Below, piece by piece: positions 1 to 15,297 of a DNA stretch of 64,000 nt. How positions within the stretch are numbered: the first letter of the stretch is position 1; the number at the start of each line of letters is the position of its first letter. The translations under genes and the position numbers were made by a program. The notes below the pieces were generated by a model. It was given only the letters and a program-made list of their open reading frames with translations, ran no database searches and was not told where the DNA came from. The stretch comes from Eledone cirrhosa (taxonomy: Eukaryota), in the NCBI GenBank assembly GCA_964016885.1, contig CAXHJY010000138.1, forward strand, positions 174-64,173. The letters are read 5' to 3'.

Positions 1-228
1 GTAACCACAAACATAAAATTGCAGAAATCTGGTTTTCTGTACATGCTAGAGAAATAATTTTTCTGTACATGCTAGAGAAATATATTATTGATATATATTG
101 ATCAGTCGTAAAGTATTGATTGGTAACACTTTTTATGGGCAACACTTTTGACGTGACTATCTTCAATGGGTGATATTTAGCAACGCATATTTATATAGTT
201 TAAATGAAATTTTATACCCATCACACAG

Positions 229-1480
<1,252 letters not shown>

Positions 1481-1641
1481 GAAATTGGAATAAATGCTCT
1501 GAAATAGCGATATATATGTGAATATAGACATAGAATATTCGAAAATATTCTGTATGTTATAATAAACATTTTGAAGACCTAATCGCTATAGAATAGAATA
1601 CGTCACGTATTACAATTAGATTCTCGATAAAAGCAAGGGAA

Positions 1642-1684
1642 GTAATCTACGCGTTTCATTCTTGTTAGAAATCATCAGGACTAC
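1642..1684 (-). ncRNA. Type I minimal hammerhead ribozyme (mirror copy of 1785-1827)
   Basis: Reverse complement of the HHR in the right arm of the palindrome. Confidence 0.8.
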
Positions 1685-1784
1685 ATATCCAGTGCTTTTA
1701 TCGAGAATGACACAGCTAGAGACTTATAGAATAAGTATTCTATAAGTCTCTAGCTGTGTCATTCTCGATAAAAGCACTGGATAT

Positions 1785-1827
1785 GTAGTCCTGATGATTT
1801 CTAACAAGAATGAAACGCGTAGATTAC
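1785..1827 (+). ncRNA. Type I minimal hammerhead ribozyme
   Basis: gtagtc-CTGATGA-t-ttct-aaca-agaa-t-GAAA-cgcg-TA-gattac: stem I gtagtc/gattac, palindromic stem III ACGCGT, GUA triplet. Stem I can extend through attctcgataaaagca/tgcttttatcgagaat. Confidence 0.85.
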
Positions 1828-1976
1828 TTCCCTTGCTTTTATCGAGAATCTAATTGTAATACGTGACGTATTCTATTCTATAGCGATTAGGTCTTCAAAA
1901 TGTTTATTATAAACATACAGAATATTTTCGAATATTCTATGTCTATATTCATATATATATATATATTTATATATAC

Positions 1977-2036
<60 letters not shown>

Positions 2037-2037
2037 A

Positions 2038-2117
<80 letters not shown>

Positions 2118-2170
2118 AATATATATATTTTATATATACATATATATATATATATATTTATATATACATA

Positions 2171-3025
2171 TACTCTTTTACTCTTTTACCTGTTTCAGCC
2201 ATCCGGCTGAGGCCATGCTGGGGCACCGCCCTTGTTGCTACACATTTTATCTCCAGCTGTATAGGTTGCCACTGGTTGTAGGAGGGAGTTTGTTGCTGCT
2301 GCCCTTAGGTTCCCTCGTGTCTTGCTGTGGGCTCATCCGGGATCCTGGATAACAAGGTGTCGAGATGTTTCTTAAAGACATCCACCTCCACGTCATGCAA
2401 GTCTCGCAGATGCCTCGGCAGCCTGTTGAAGAGTTGAGGGCCCTTGAATCCCAGGCTATTGCAATACCTGCTCCTTATTCTAGATGTGGAAGACGGGACC
2501 TTTGGCACCACACAGTGACGTCCTGTTCGACGGTTGGTCCAGCTCCCAATGCCAAAGTTTGGTGCTAGTCCCTCCAGGATTTTCCACATGTAGATCACTG
2601 CGTATCTCTCCCGTCTTCGCTCCAAGGAGTAGAGGTTCAGTTCCTTCAGCCTCTCCCAGTAGCTTGTCTCCCTCATCTTGGCAATCCTCTTGGTGTAGCT
2701 TCGCTGGATTGCCTCAAGCTCTGTGGTTAGTTTGACACTATGGGGTGACCACAGCTGGGAGCAGTAGTCCAGGCGGCTTAGGACAAAAGTCCTCCACAGT
2801 GTCAACATGGTGTCTCGATCTCTTGTAAGGAAAGTCCTCAAGATCCAGCCAGCGAATCGTCTACATGCTGTCGCCACCTTCATGATGTGTGAAGAAAAAG
2901 ATGCATCATCGCTCATGTCTATGCCCAGGTCTCGTATCGATTTTGACACGGGGATATCGGTCCCTCCTGGTCCTGTGTAGCTGTGTTCCGCTATATTTGT
3001 GTTTGTGTTTGCAGGTTTGTATTGT
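2171..3025 (-). mobile_element. 5'-truncated CR1-group LINE: RT C-terminal region plus 3' UTR with (TAAAAGAG)n tail
   Basis: ORF 2305-2949: ILRTF...[19 protein letters not shown]...[12 protein letters not shown]...[20 protein letters not shown], typical of CR1/L2 post-RT region. The 3' end ggtgccccagcatggcc...gctgaaacaggtaaaagagta also occurs alone at 49127-49180 (+). Confidence 0.85.
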
Positions 3026-5640
<2,615 letters not shown>

Positions 5641-5814
5641 TTCATAAGGAATTTGATTACAGATGATATGATATAGGTCGGTAAAATCTATACACTATAG
5701 AGTTTTGTTATTTTCACTATGTTAATAATACAAACAGCATATTATGAGGTATATTTTGTGGAAGTACACTATAAATAAATATAATTGTGTATATATCTAG
5801 GGCGGGTAAAATTC

Positions 5815-6155
5815 CCGAGATAAATGGACGAGTCCTCTCCAGGGGTCTCTGTCCCTCATCATCGCTGCCATGTCCTGCGTCTCCAACAGACCAGAGTCTG
5901 TCCTTAGGACATCAACATATGCTAACCTTGGTCTTCCTCTTCCAGTGTGTTCATGCAGGGGCTCCCACAGGAGCACTGAGTGCAGTGTCAACTCTGGATG
6001 TCAGTGAGCATCTCCAGCTAACCTCAGTCTCCTCTGTGTCACTTTTGAGGTGACTTTTGGGAGGCTCCCATACAGCTCTGAGTTTTTCATCTTCAGTGTA
6101 TCCTGATTAATGTTCAGAGCCATCCTTAGCATTCTCGTGTAGCACCCATCAACCA
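5815..6155 (-). pseudogene. RTE-type LINE ORF 3' fragment
   Basis: DGCYTRMLRMALNI...ELYGSLPKVTSKVTQRRLRLAG / LLWEP...GRGRPRLAYVDVLRTDSGL, frameshifted. Confidence 0.75.
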
Positions 6156-6200
6156 TATGAGTATGTGTATATGTATATATATATATACATCCACCATATG

Positions 6201-6238
<38 letters not shown>

Positions 6239-6239
6239 A

Positions 6240-6455
6240 AAGGTAAACAGAAATAACAACACAATCGATACAGTATATGGGAGGTATATATTAGGTTAAC
6301 GCTTGATATAGCAGGAAGAGTGTCTTAACGTTTCGGACGATAGTCCTTCATCGGAAGAGAGAATGAGAAATAAAATAGATTAAGGGGACGGGCGGGATGT
6401 AATTGGAAAAAATGTCTTTAGATAAAAATAATAGGTCCATTCATATTGACATCTC
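6240..6455 (-). mobile_element. Short HHR-bearing element (family shared with 24325-24535); HHR at 6323-6358 with CCGATGA core variant
   Basis: Minus strand reads tctt-CCGATGA-aggac-tatc-gtcc-GAAA-cgtt-aaga. The whole element aligns in reverse with 24325-24535. Confidence 0.75.
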
Positions 6456-6883
6456 TTATATATATATATATGTGTGTGTAGAATTATGAGGATATAGATA
6501 TATAATGTACGTTCGCAAAATATACATAGTACAACATATTTATTATTGTCCATATCCTCATCGTGGTCGCCGAACACCGCTTCATCGCCATTTATATATA
6601 AATTTCTGCGATTCTGTCACAACACGTAAAGAGAGAGGGGTAGTTTGTCTACCTCATACTACTCCTCTCGCTTTACGTCTGCTGTCAGCGTAAATGTATG
6701 TGTGTGTAAAAGGAAGGGAGGGCGTGGTGAAAAACTACACAGAGTCTGTGTGTGTTTGTGTGTGTGTGAATATAGGTGTGTGTGATTATGTGAATGTATG
6801 TCGGTGAGTGTGTATTTTTGTAAGTGTGTCTGCGTTTGCGCGTTTATATTTATATACTCATACATATAAATGTATTGCATATG

Positions 6884-6885
<2 letters not shown>

Positions 6886-6977
<92 letters not shown>
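6886..6977. repeat. (CA)n microsatellite
   Basis: Directly visible. Confidence 0.98.
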
Positions 6978-6980
<3 letters not shown>

Positions 6981-7190
6981 GCGTCGGCGTGTGGAAAAAA
7001 ATTCTAGTATTGAATATTTTCATCAATCTGTCATAAAAGTATTGATATTTATATTATCGAACACCGCTGATAGATACTTCCAATGATTTGTAAAAGTTTG
7101 AAATCTGATTGTCACACAGTATACAAAAATTGATCGTTGCCTGCAAGAAATTTTATTTAGAGCATAACTTTCATAATTGTAAATAAACAT

Positions 7191-7236
<46 letters not shown>

Positions 7237-7352
7237 GAGGTTATATTTAACTATTAACTATCTAAATATTAACTATCCAGGAAGCTCCAACCGTTAAGGT
7301 TGCATTTTTTCAGGGTATGTCAATATTTATTTATAAAACTAATCTGCATTAT

Positions 7353-7416
7353 ATTTTATCTGATGAAAGCGCACCATAATCTGCCTTGGTCGTCCTTGAA
7401 ATATGTATAATGAAAT
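7353..7416 (+). ncRNA. HHR-like motif (family shared with ~48380-48455, minus strand)
   Basis: attttat-CTGATGA-aagcgcacca...tggtcgtcctt-GAAA-tatgtata-atgaaat; stem I attttat/atgaaat. Confidence 0.55.
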
Positions 7417-7643
7417 AAATATTGTTTTATAAATATAGTTTCCATTTGTTAATATATTGTATATATATATATTTATATATAAAAGGCATGAAACTACACA
7501 AAGAACAATGTGACTGACAAGGTAAGGAAGTTGTCTGTTAGTTTCTGTAACTGGTTTCTCTCTCTCTCTTTGTATTTGTTTACACGCGTCTATATAAATA
7601 TCTGTATGGATATATATCTATTTATCTAGCTCTATATATATAA

Positions 7644-7674
<31 letters not shown>

Positions 7675-7715
7675 AGAGGGTGTTAAGGTTTGCTTGAAGC
7701 ATTGTGAAATGTGTA

Positions 7716-8064
7716 AAAATACGTATTTAAGAAAGCCACAACAATGCAAAGGGAAATCTCGAGGTAGGAAGTGAAATATAGATAGGAAAAACAGGTGAAA
7801 GTGAAAATTGAGAGAGACAAAGATGAAAACAAAACAAAGGTAGAAGGGTTACCGTAGTAGAGATTTAATCCCAATATTTCGGGCTCAAATATGAGCCCGA
7901 AATATTGGGATTGAATCTCTACTACGGTAACCCTTCTACCTTTGTTTTGTTTTCATCTTTGTCTCTCTCAATTTTCACTTTCACCTGTTTTTCCTATCTA
8001 TATTTCACTTCCTACCTCGAGATTTCCCTTTGCATTGTTGTGGCTTTCTTAAATACGTATTTTA
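7716..8064. mobile_element. Palindromic element centred on an HHR stem II-like hairpin
   Basis: Centre ccaatatttc-gggctca-aata-tgagccc-GAAA-tattgg. The mirror ORFs 7683-7874(-) and 7905-8096(+) confirm the arms. Confidence 0.85.
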
Positions 8065-8117
8065 TATATATATATATATATTTAATGTTTCCGTAGGAAA
8101 GGTAAAGGAAAGGAGAG

Positions 8118-8396
8118 TGCTCTATGTAGGCTACAGAGCTTTTTAGTTATGTAATAAACAACATAAGACATTATTTCATTTACCAAAGGTTTCACTAAGA
8201 CAGACTAGCTTGACAGGAGATGTCTTAAATTCTCGGTCAGAACGAAAATTTATTGATAAATAAATTTTTGTTCTGACGAACGGTTTCAGATGTCTGTGTC
8301 AAGCCCGTCTGACTTCGTGAAACCTTTGGTGAATGAAATAATTGTCTTATGTTGTTTATTACATAACTAAAAAGCTCTGTAGCCTACATAGAGCTA
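8118..8396. mobile_element. Palindromic element with HHR 3' half (GAAA-cctttgg-TA) in each arm
   Basis: Arms gctctatgtaggctacagagc...ttaccaaaggtttc / gaaacctttggt...gctctgtagcctacatagagc, with an imperfect central hairpin. Confidence 0.8.
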
Positions 8397-8578
8397 GATA
8401 AATAGATATATATCCATACACATATTTATATAGACGCGTGTAAACAAATACAAAGAGAGAGAGAGAAACCAGTTACAGAAACTAATAGACAACTTCCTTA
8501 CCTTGTCAGTCACATTGTTCTTTGTGTAGTTTCATGCCTTTTATAAATATATATATATGTATATATACAATATATTAA

Positions 8579-8624
<46 letters not shown>

Positions 8625-8890
8625 GTGAAATAAAGCTCCCACCGTATTTTTTACTAAGTAAATTAGCCTAATAGTTGGAGTTATAAAAACCCAAAGAATG
8701 TAAAATGGATGAGCAAAGAATGTAAAATGTATATATATAGTTATGTAATAAACAACACAAGGCAATTATTTCATTTACCAGTGGTTTCTTGTGTGTTTAT
8801 TTTTCCTTTCCTTCTTCCTTTTCCAGCCTCACTTTCATATAGATTATATTTTTGTTTTTAAAATCTAATGTCAATAAATACACCAGGATG

Positions 8891-8952
8891 TTTTCATTCT
8901 GATGATTGAAAGCAAAATGTGTTTGCTTTCAAGAAACCACTGCTAAATGAAA
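8891..8952 (+). ncRNA. Type I hammerhead ribozyme with 11-bp stem II
   Basis: tttcatt-CTGATGA-ttgaaagcaaa-atgtg-tttgctttcaa-GAAA-ccactgc-TA-aatgaaa; perfect stem I and stem II. The inverted partial copy at ~8738-8791 retains gaaaccactggTA. Confidence 0.85.
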
Positions 8953-9117
8953 TAATTGCCTTATGTTGTTTATTACATAACTATTAAGCTCTGTAACCTA
9001 CATAGAGCACTCTTTTTCCTGGACCTTTCCGACGGAATTACTTCATTTATATATATATATGTGTCCCAAGGCTCTGATACCATCAACACTATAAACACAG
9101 AGCTGGCATATCTAAGA

Positions 9118-9173
9118 ACTGACTGATGAGGTCGAAGCCATTCAATGGCTATCATCGAAATATATATAGCAGT
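9118..9173 (+). ncRNA. HHR-like motif followed by AATAAA
   Basis: actga-CTGATGA-ggtcgaagcca-ttcaa-tggctatcatc-GAAA-tatata-TA-gcagt. Confidence 0.6.
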
Positions 9174-9232
9174 AAATAAAGGATTATGAGTTCATGCAAT
9201 TGACTTATGTTTCGTCACTATATATATATATA

Positions 9233-9560
9233 TTAATTCAAAATATTAACAAAAATAGACATTCGTGTGATCAAGTATATTTTATTATACATATTTCAGA
9301 AGTACTGAGTTATCTTCAACAGTACGTCCCCCTCAGATAAAATAAGATGATGCATGACATACCCTGACTAAGTAGAAGGTTAAAATTCAGTCACTGCCAT
9401 GATTGAATTTTAACCATCTACTTAGTCAGGGTGTGTCTTGCATCATCTTATTTTATCTGAGGAGGACGTAATGTTGAAGATAACTCAGTACTTCTGAAAT
9501 ATGTATAATAAAATATACTTGATCACAAGAATGTCTATTTTTGTTAATATTTAGAATTAA
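9233..9560. mobile_element. Palindromic element with an HHR in each arm (+ HHR 9449-9515; - copy ~9278-9344)
   Basis: Centre ggttaaaattcagtca-ctgcca-tgattgaattttaacc. HHR tattttat-CTGAGGA-...-GAAA-tatgtata-ataaaata has an 8-bp stem I. Confidence 0.8.
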
Positions 9561-9656
9561 TATTAATAACTCCGGAAAACCAACTCGTGGAGTACTTCTA
9601 ATCTATTGTAAAACTTTATTCTTTGATTTATTCATTAAACCTTGTTTAACCTTGAA

Positions 9657-9690
<34 letters not shown>

Positions 9691-11184
9691 TATGTTAAAT
9701 ATTTCCGAAGAAAATATATATTGTGTTGTTCAGTTACTAATTAAATATATATATATATATATATATATATGAGCATATATGCATATATATGTATGTGTAT
9801 ATAGGTATGCAATATATATATGAGTAACAGGCCACTGACACACTCTCTCTATATGTGCGTATAAACACATGCATACACACACTCACACACACAAACACAT
9901 CAATTTATTTATATAACTAAAGACACAACGCAATCATATAATTATATATATTTAGATTGACGTGCTCTGCTCTATAATTGCTCATAGTTGCTCATAGTAA
10001 TAAGCTTTATGACAGTGCAGATGTAATCAGTGTTGCTTCCCTGGTCTTATCTATTAAGGCTCAAGACTTTAATCAGTAACGGAAGACTGATATAGCCGGG
10101 GGGTTACCTCCAGCATATTTAGCAAGGAGCGGATGTGAGTGTACAGTGTCTGATAGTTAATATTCTGGAGAAGTAAATGACTAGAAGCTATGTAGAATTA
10201 ATTCATTTATCTTGAATTCATCTTTATCTCATACACATATCCATCAGCCCATGTCAAGTAGGGACTTTCTACGGAGTCGGCCAACCTGCTAAAAAAAAAG
10301 GCAGTTAAAACTCCCGTATAACATATTAGAATTTTTTTTCAACACGCTGACACGTATGTGAATACTCGTGTCCGTGTGTGTATATGCATACATTTATATG
10401 TGTGATTATATAAATATAAACATGCAAACACAGACACAGTTACAAAGATACACACTCACAGATATGCGTTCACACAAACTCATATACACGCATACATTTC
10501 CACAAACACATCACATAAACACGCATACATTTACACAAACATATATATTCACACAAACACATATATATCCACACAAACACACACATACATTCGCACAAAC
10601 ACATACCCACACATACATTCACAAAAACACACACGTACATTCACACAAACACAAACACACACTATCATTCACACAAACACATACACACACATTCATTCAC
10701 ACAAACACACACATACATTCACACAAACACAGCGTAGCAAGTGGAACTCCAGCCGTTGTTTTGCTATACTTTTTTCACCATCCCCTTACTTCCTTTTAAA
10801 CACACTTACATTCACACAAACACGCACACACACATTATGTGACGGACGGAAGACACTCAAATTTATATATATATATATATTACAACCTCTAAATACAATG
10901 AAAGGATACACCAGACTTTGGGGTCAACTTATATCCGAGAAAAGCAAACACAAATAAAACAAGATGTCCATGGCTTGAATAACTTTGATGATATATTTCA
11001 ATTAGGACCAAGCGTGACTTAAACAACGACAATATAACAACTACAATTAATTAACAACAATAATTATTCAACAACAACCTCAGTTACAACAATACGCATT
11101 AGAAAATTACTGCAAAATGTTTTCTTACCCAGCGCGCCCTCAATGATAACACATTTTGAGCTAACGAGGCAACATTACATACTC

Positions 11185-11850
11185 GGGTGAAGGCGCATGG
11201 CTTAGTGGTTAGAGCATGGGCTTGCAATTGAGAGGTTGTGAGTTCGATTCTCGGACCGGGTGATGCGTTGTGTCCTTGAGCAAGACACTTTATTTCACGT
11301 TGCTCCAGTTTACTCAGCTGTAGAAATGAGTGGTGACGTCACTGGTGCCAAGCAGTATCGGCCATTGCCTTTCCCATGGACAACATCATATACAGTGTGT
11401 ATACAGTGTATATATAATTGTTTCTACTTGTGGCACAAGGCCAGCAATTAATCCAGTGTATTACTGGTACTTTATTTTATCGACCCCGTAATGATGAAAG
11501 GCAAAGTTAACTTCGGCGGGATTTGAACTCAGATCATAAAGGGAGGTAACTCTATGCTTCAAAGTATGGCGTCCGACCCTCTACCAATACTGCCAATCCG
11601 ATATAAAGTATATATATGATGTCACTGGTGCCAAGTTGTATCGGCCATTGCCTTTCTCTTGGACATCATCAGTGGCGTGGAGAGGGGAGACTGGTATGTA
11701 TGGCTGACTGCTGATATTCCATAAACAAACCTTGCCGTGCAAAACCATGGCCATTCGTGGTCGAGTGGGGCCTTCATATATACTCGCTCGATTTGCAAGA
11801 TATAACAGCAACATCTCTCTCACACCACGGCCCATCTTCTTGGAATGTGA
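11185..11850 (+). mobile_element. tRNA-headed SINE family B, interrupted by a family A SINE
   Basis: A box tggcttagtggttagagc, B box gagttcgattc, and gtgtccttgagcaagacac domain. It resumes at ~11618 with a ~55-bp duplicated segment. Confidence 0.8.
11415..11600 (-). mobile_element. tRNA-headed SINE family A
   Basis: Matches the ~190-bp family consensus (ggattggcagtatcggtagag...gagttcaaatcccgccgaggtt...gtcgataaaataaagtaccagta...gtagaaacaatt). Confidence 0.9.
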
Positions 11851-12009
11851 CCCTCTGGAAATACGTGTCTCCTTGCTCTGAAACATATGAGAAAAAGACG
11901 GGATGGTCGTAACAAGTATGTCTTTAATGTCTGAGTTGAACTGGTTTGTATTTAAGCAACAACTATATGACCTACAAAATTTATATAAAGTTAAAAAATA
12001 TTTGACTAA

Positions 12010-12203
12010 AGGGCAGCGGATTGGCAGTATCGGTAGAGCGTCGGACAATATGCTTTGCGGCATAGAGTTACGGCCCTTTGCGTTCTGAGTTCAAATCGTG
12101 CCGAGGTTACCTTTGCCTTTCATTCTTACGGGATCGATAAAATAAAGCACCAGTAATGTACTGGGGTAATTGCTGGCCTTGTGCCAAAACTAGAAACTAT
12201 TAT
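12010..12203 (+). mobile_element. SINE family A
   Basis: Full-length copy with A and B boxes. Confidence 0.9.
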
Positions 12204-12779
12204 TTGTCTAAAACTGAACTTCAAAAAACATCATTTTTCAGAAGTCTGTTCATATAAGACTATATATACTTGTTTGCATATGTGTAAAGGTACATGCCTA
12301 CTTGCATGGCAGCCTTTGGATGTGTTTTATGTTCATATGTACAAAAATATATTCAATTTTTATTTTATGTATATATAAGCACAACTATTTTATGACTGCA
12401 TATTTATGCAATAATACGGTATACAATGAAATATATATAGCAATATATATTCATACACAAGTATTTCCCTGTGCCAACATGTATATAAGTATGTAGGTGT
12501 GGGTTATGAGGTTGTGTATGTGTGTGTATATGAATGTATGAATATCTGTGCGTGGTAAGGTATCATACATGTCTATGAGTATGTATGTGTGGCCTATATG
12601 TGGTTGTGTATGTGTGTGTATTTTATGAGTGTATGAAAGTGTGGTAAAGCGACTCAGTTTCCATATCATAGCGAGATATTTTATACGACTTAGATTGTGT
12701 CAAGCAGAGATAAATATTTTATGTAACCTGTATATGTTGTTAATGTTAATAGTGTTTAACCCAAGGCCAAACCTGTATG

Positions 12780-13255
12780 GGTGGTGGTGGTGGTGGTGGT
12801 GGTGGAATTGGTAGTAGTGGTGGTGGTAGTAGTAGTGGTAGTCGTGGTGGTGTAGTAGCAGTAGTAATAGTAGTAGCGGTGGTGGTAGTGGTGGTGGTGG
12901 TAGCAGTAGTGGTAGTAGTAGTAATAGTAGTAGTGGTGGTGGTGGTAGTAGTAGTGGTGGTAGTAGTAGTAGTATTAGTGGAGGTAGTAGTGGTGGTAGT
13001 AGTAGTAGTAGTGGTGGTAATAGTAGTAGTAGTGGTGGTAATAGTAGTAATGGTAATAATAGTAGTAGTGGTGGTAGTAGTGGTGGTAGTAGTAGTAGTG
13101 GTGGTGGTAATAGTAGTAGTAGTGGTGGTAATAGTAGTAATGGTAATAATAGTAGTAGTGGTGGTAGTAGTGGTGGTAGTAGTAGTAGTGGTAGTAGTAG
13201 TAGTATTAGTGGAGGTAGTAGTAGTAGTTGTAGTAGTAGTAGTAGTAGTAGTAGC
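12780..13255. repeat. (TAG/TGG)n trinucleotide repeat
   Basis: Directly visible; gives poly-V/T/L ORFs. Confidence 0.97.
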
Positions 13256-13542
13256 GACACTGTCGGTTACGGCGGCCAATGTTCCAGTTGATCCGGTAAA
13301 TGAAACACCCTGCTCGTGAAATTAATGAGCTGATCATTCCACAAACACGCGGCGTACCTTTAGATAGTTCTCAGGGAGATTCAGCTTCAGCGCGGCACGG
13401 AATCTGACAAGGCTGGCTCTTCGATTTACAGGAAAACTCATCATTTTTGCCAGCTGAGTAGACTGGATGAACGTGAAATAAAGTGTCTTGCTCAAGGACA
13501 CTGCGCACCGCCAGGAATCGAGCTCACGACCTTACAGTTGCA
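13256..13542 (-). mobile_element. SINE family B-related copy
   Basis: aataaagtgtcttgctcaaggaca...ccaggaatcgagctcacgacc (B box on minus strand). Confidence 0.7.
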
Positions 13543-13999
13543 TCCCCGGAGGGCGTTTCAGAACTCCAGGGGGGGGGGGGCGTTTGTGAGCAGGGAGGCG
13601 TTAGGGGACGTTTGGAGCTTTGGGGGGCACAGGAAGGCTCTTTACGTTGGTAAGTTTTATAAGCCATATTTGTATGTCTTTTAGACAACCAGTGTGAATG
13701 CATTTGAATGAACATACAGATAGTATAACTGTGGTCTGACTGCAGCTGTGAGCAGGTGTGCAGGTGTGTCTTGACATTAACCGGCAATTGAGATCCTAAC
13801 AAGGGAAAAACCCACAGTCAACTGGGTCAAGGACACTTCGAGCGCAGCCAGTTAGAATCTTGTCTTTCCTTCATCGATAACAATGTATTTCATGTCTGAA
13901 ATACTGACTCAAACGTAACGAGTTAACACTGTAGATCTATTTTATTCCCAATTGGATAAATAATATTACAAATAAAAATTTAAAAAAAACACAGAAGCG

Positions 14000-14236
14000 G
14001 GTAGCACACACATCTAGGACAACATACAACACATAATCAGGTAATACATACATCTAGGACCACATGCAACACATAAGGAGGTAGCACACACATCTAGGAC
14101 CACATACAACACACGAGCAGGTAATACACACATTTAGGACCACATACAACACACAAGCAGGCAATACATACATCTAGGACCACATACAACACATAAGCAG
14201 GCAATACATACATCTAGGACCAAATACAACACACAT
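14000..14236 (+). repeat. ~40-bp minisatellite, about 6 copies, inside the hAT element
   Basis: Unit caggtaatacacacatctaggaccacatacaacacataag repeated with variants. Confidence 0.92.
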
Positions 14237-14239
14237 TGT

Positions 14240-15297
14240 ATCATGTACTACGGACGATGCAAGAGCAATGGTCGGCTAACATAAGGGTTTCGTCACTCTT
14301 CTGAAGAGAGAAAATTTATCTGTATTTGTTGTTCATTGTGTCATTCATCGACAACACTTGGCTGCGAAGAAACTCAGCAACCCGCTGAGCAAGTCCTAGC
14401 AGGTGGCCATTGATGTCATCAATTTTATCAAACGGCATTCCCTCAATGAACGAATTTTCCGGCAACTGTGCCAAGATAATGACGAAGAATTCGTCAAGTT
14501 CCTCCTTCATAATGATGTGAGGTGGCTCTCAAAGGGTAAGTGCCTTACTCACTTCTTTGAACTGTTCGACTCTATCATTGAGTTTCTGCGAGGACGCAAC
14601 ACAGAACTGTACAAGAAAACTCTAGATGTGAGGCAAAACTGCGCCTACCTCACCAACATCTTCGACAAATGAAATAGCGTCATTTTGGCTTTGCAGGGGA
14701 AGAAGATCACCTTGCTTAAAGCAACGAATGCTGTGAAAACATTCCTGGCCAAATTGAATGTCATCGAAAGGAATCTTTGTTGACGGGAATTCTATAATTT
14801 TCCTAGTGTCGCCAATGTTCAAAACATTGTAAGCGGTGACCAACTCCAAATTTATACCGCTCATCTCCGTGCGCTACAAGACAGCATGAGAGAACGGTTT
14901 GTCGACCTTTTGCCGATGGACATCCCAATGTGGATAGCAGATCCCTTCATAGCTAATGTCGTCGATTTGGACGTTATATTTCAGGAAGAATTCATTAAAC
15001 TTCAAGAAGATGACATGATCAAAATTAGATTTCCCAAAATAGGTGAACCCCTTTTTGGGATGCAAGAGGAAATTCACCGCCGATTTCCACACTTACATGC
15101 AGAGGTTAAGAGATTTGCTCTGCCTTTTCCATGCTCATACTTCGTCGAGAGGAGGTTTGGTGCTGTTTCCAGACTGCACAGTAAGGCTCGCAACCGCTAC
15201 AATGTAATTACATATGAAGATCTCTGGCTACATCTTACGAAAATTTAGCCTCACGTTAAAGAGTTAGCTAGACTCCATGAAGCTCAAGGGTTCCAAT
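14240..15297 (+). pseudogene. hAT transposase pseudogene (ZBED8/SCAND3/Buster-like), C-terminal half
   Basis: CTTDDARAM..HCVIHRQHLAAK..INFIKRHSLNERIFRQLC..LLHNDVRWLSKGKCL..PFPCSYFVERRFGAV, with stops and frameshifts. Confidence 0.9.

Larger units (their letters stand above)
1519..1951. mobile_element. Near-perfect palindromic non-coding element (~215-bp arms, 2-nt spacer at 1734-1735) carrying one HHR per arm; likely a PLE terminal-repeat derivative
   Basis: ...gacttatagaata-ag-tattctataagtc... and the arms stay complementary out to tgaatatagaca/tgtctatattca; flanked by (AT)n. Confidence 0.85.
7447..8580. repeat. Outer inverted repeat (arms ~7447-7634 and ~8389-8580) enclosing two further palindromes
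   Basis: aaaaggcatgaaactacacaaagaacaatgtgactgacaagg... versus ...ccttgtcagtcacattgttctttgtgtagtttcatgcctttt. Confidence 0.9.

Noticed and set aside
7683-8096. Duplicated 63-aa hydrophobic 'genes' (also the 91-97 aa ORFs at 46712-47683)
   Set aside because: Mirror ORFs arising from palindrome arms of non-coding elements.
11190-11262. tRNA gene (also the heads of family A SINEs)
   Set aside because: A and B boxes are present but continue into SINE body sequence and no complete cloverleaf is evident; these are SINE heads.
14000-14236. CRISPR-like regular repeat
   Set aside because: The whole 40-bp unit repeats with no unique spacers; eukaryotic context and no cas genes.
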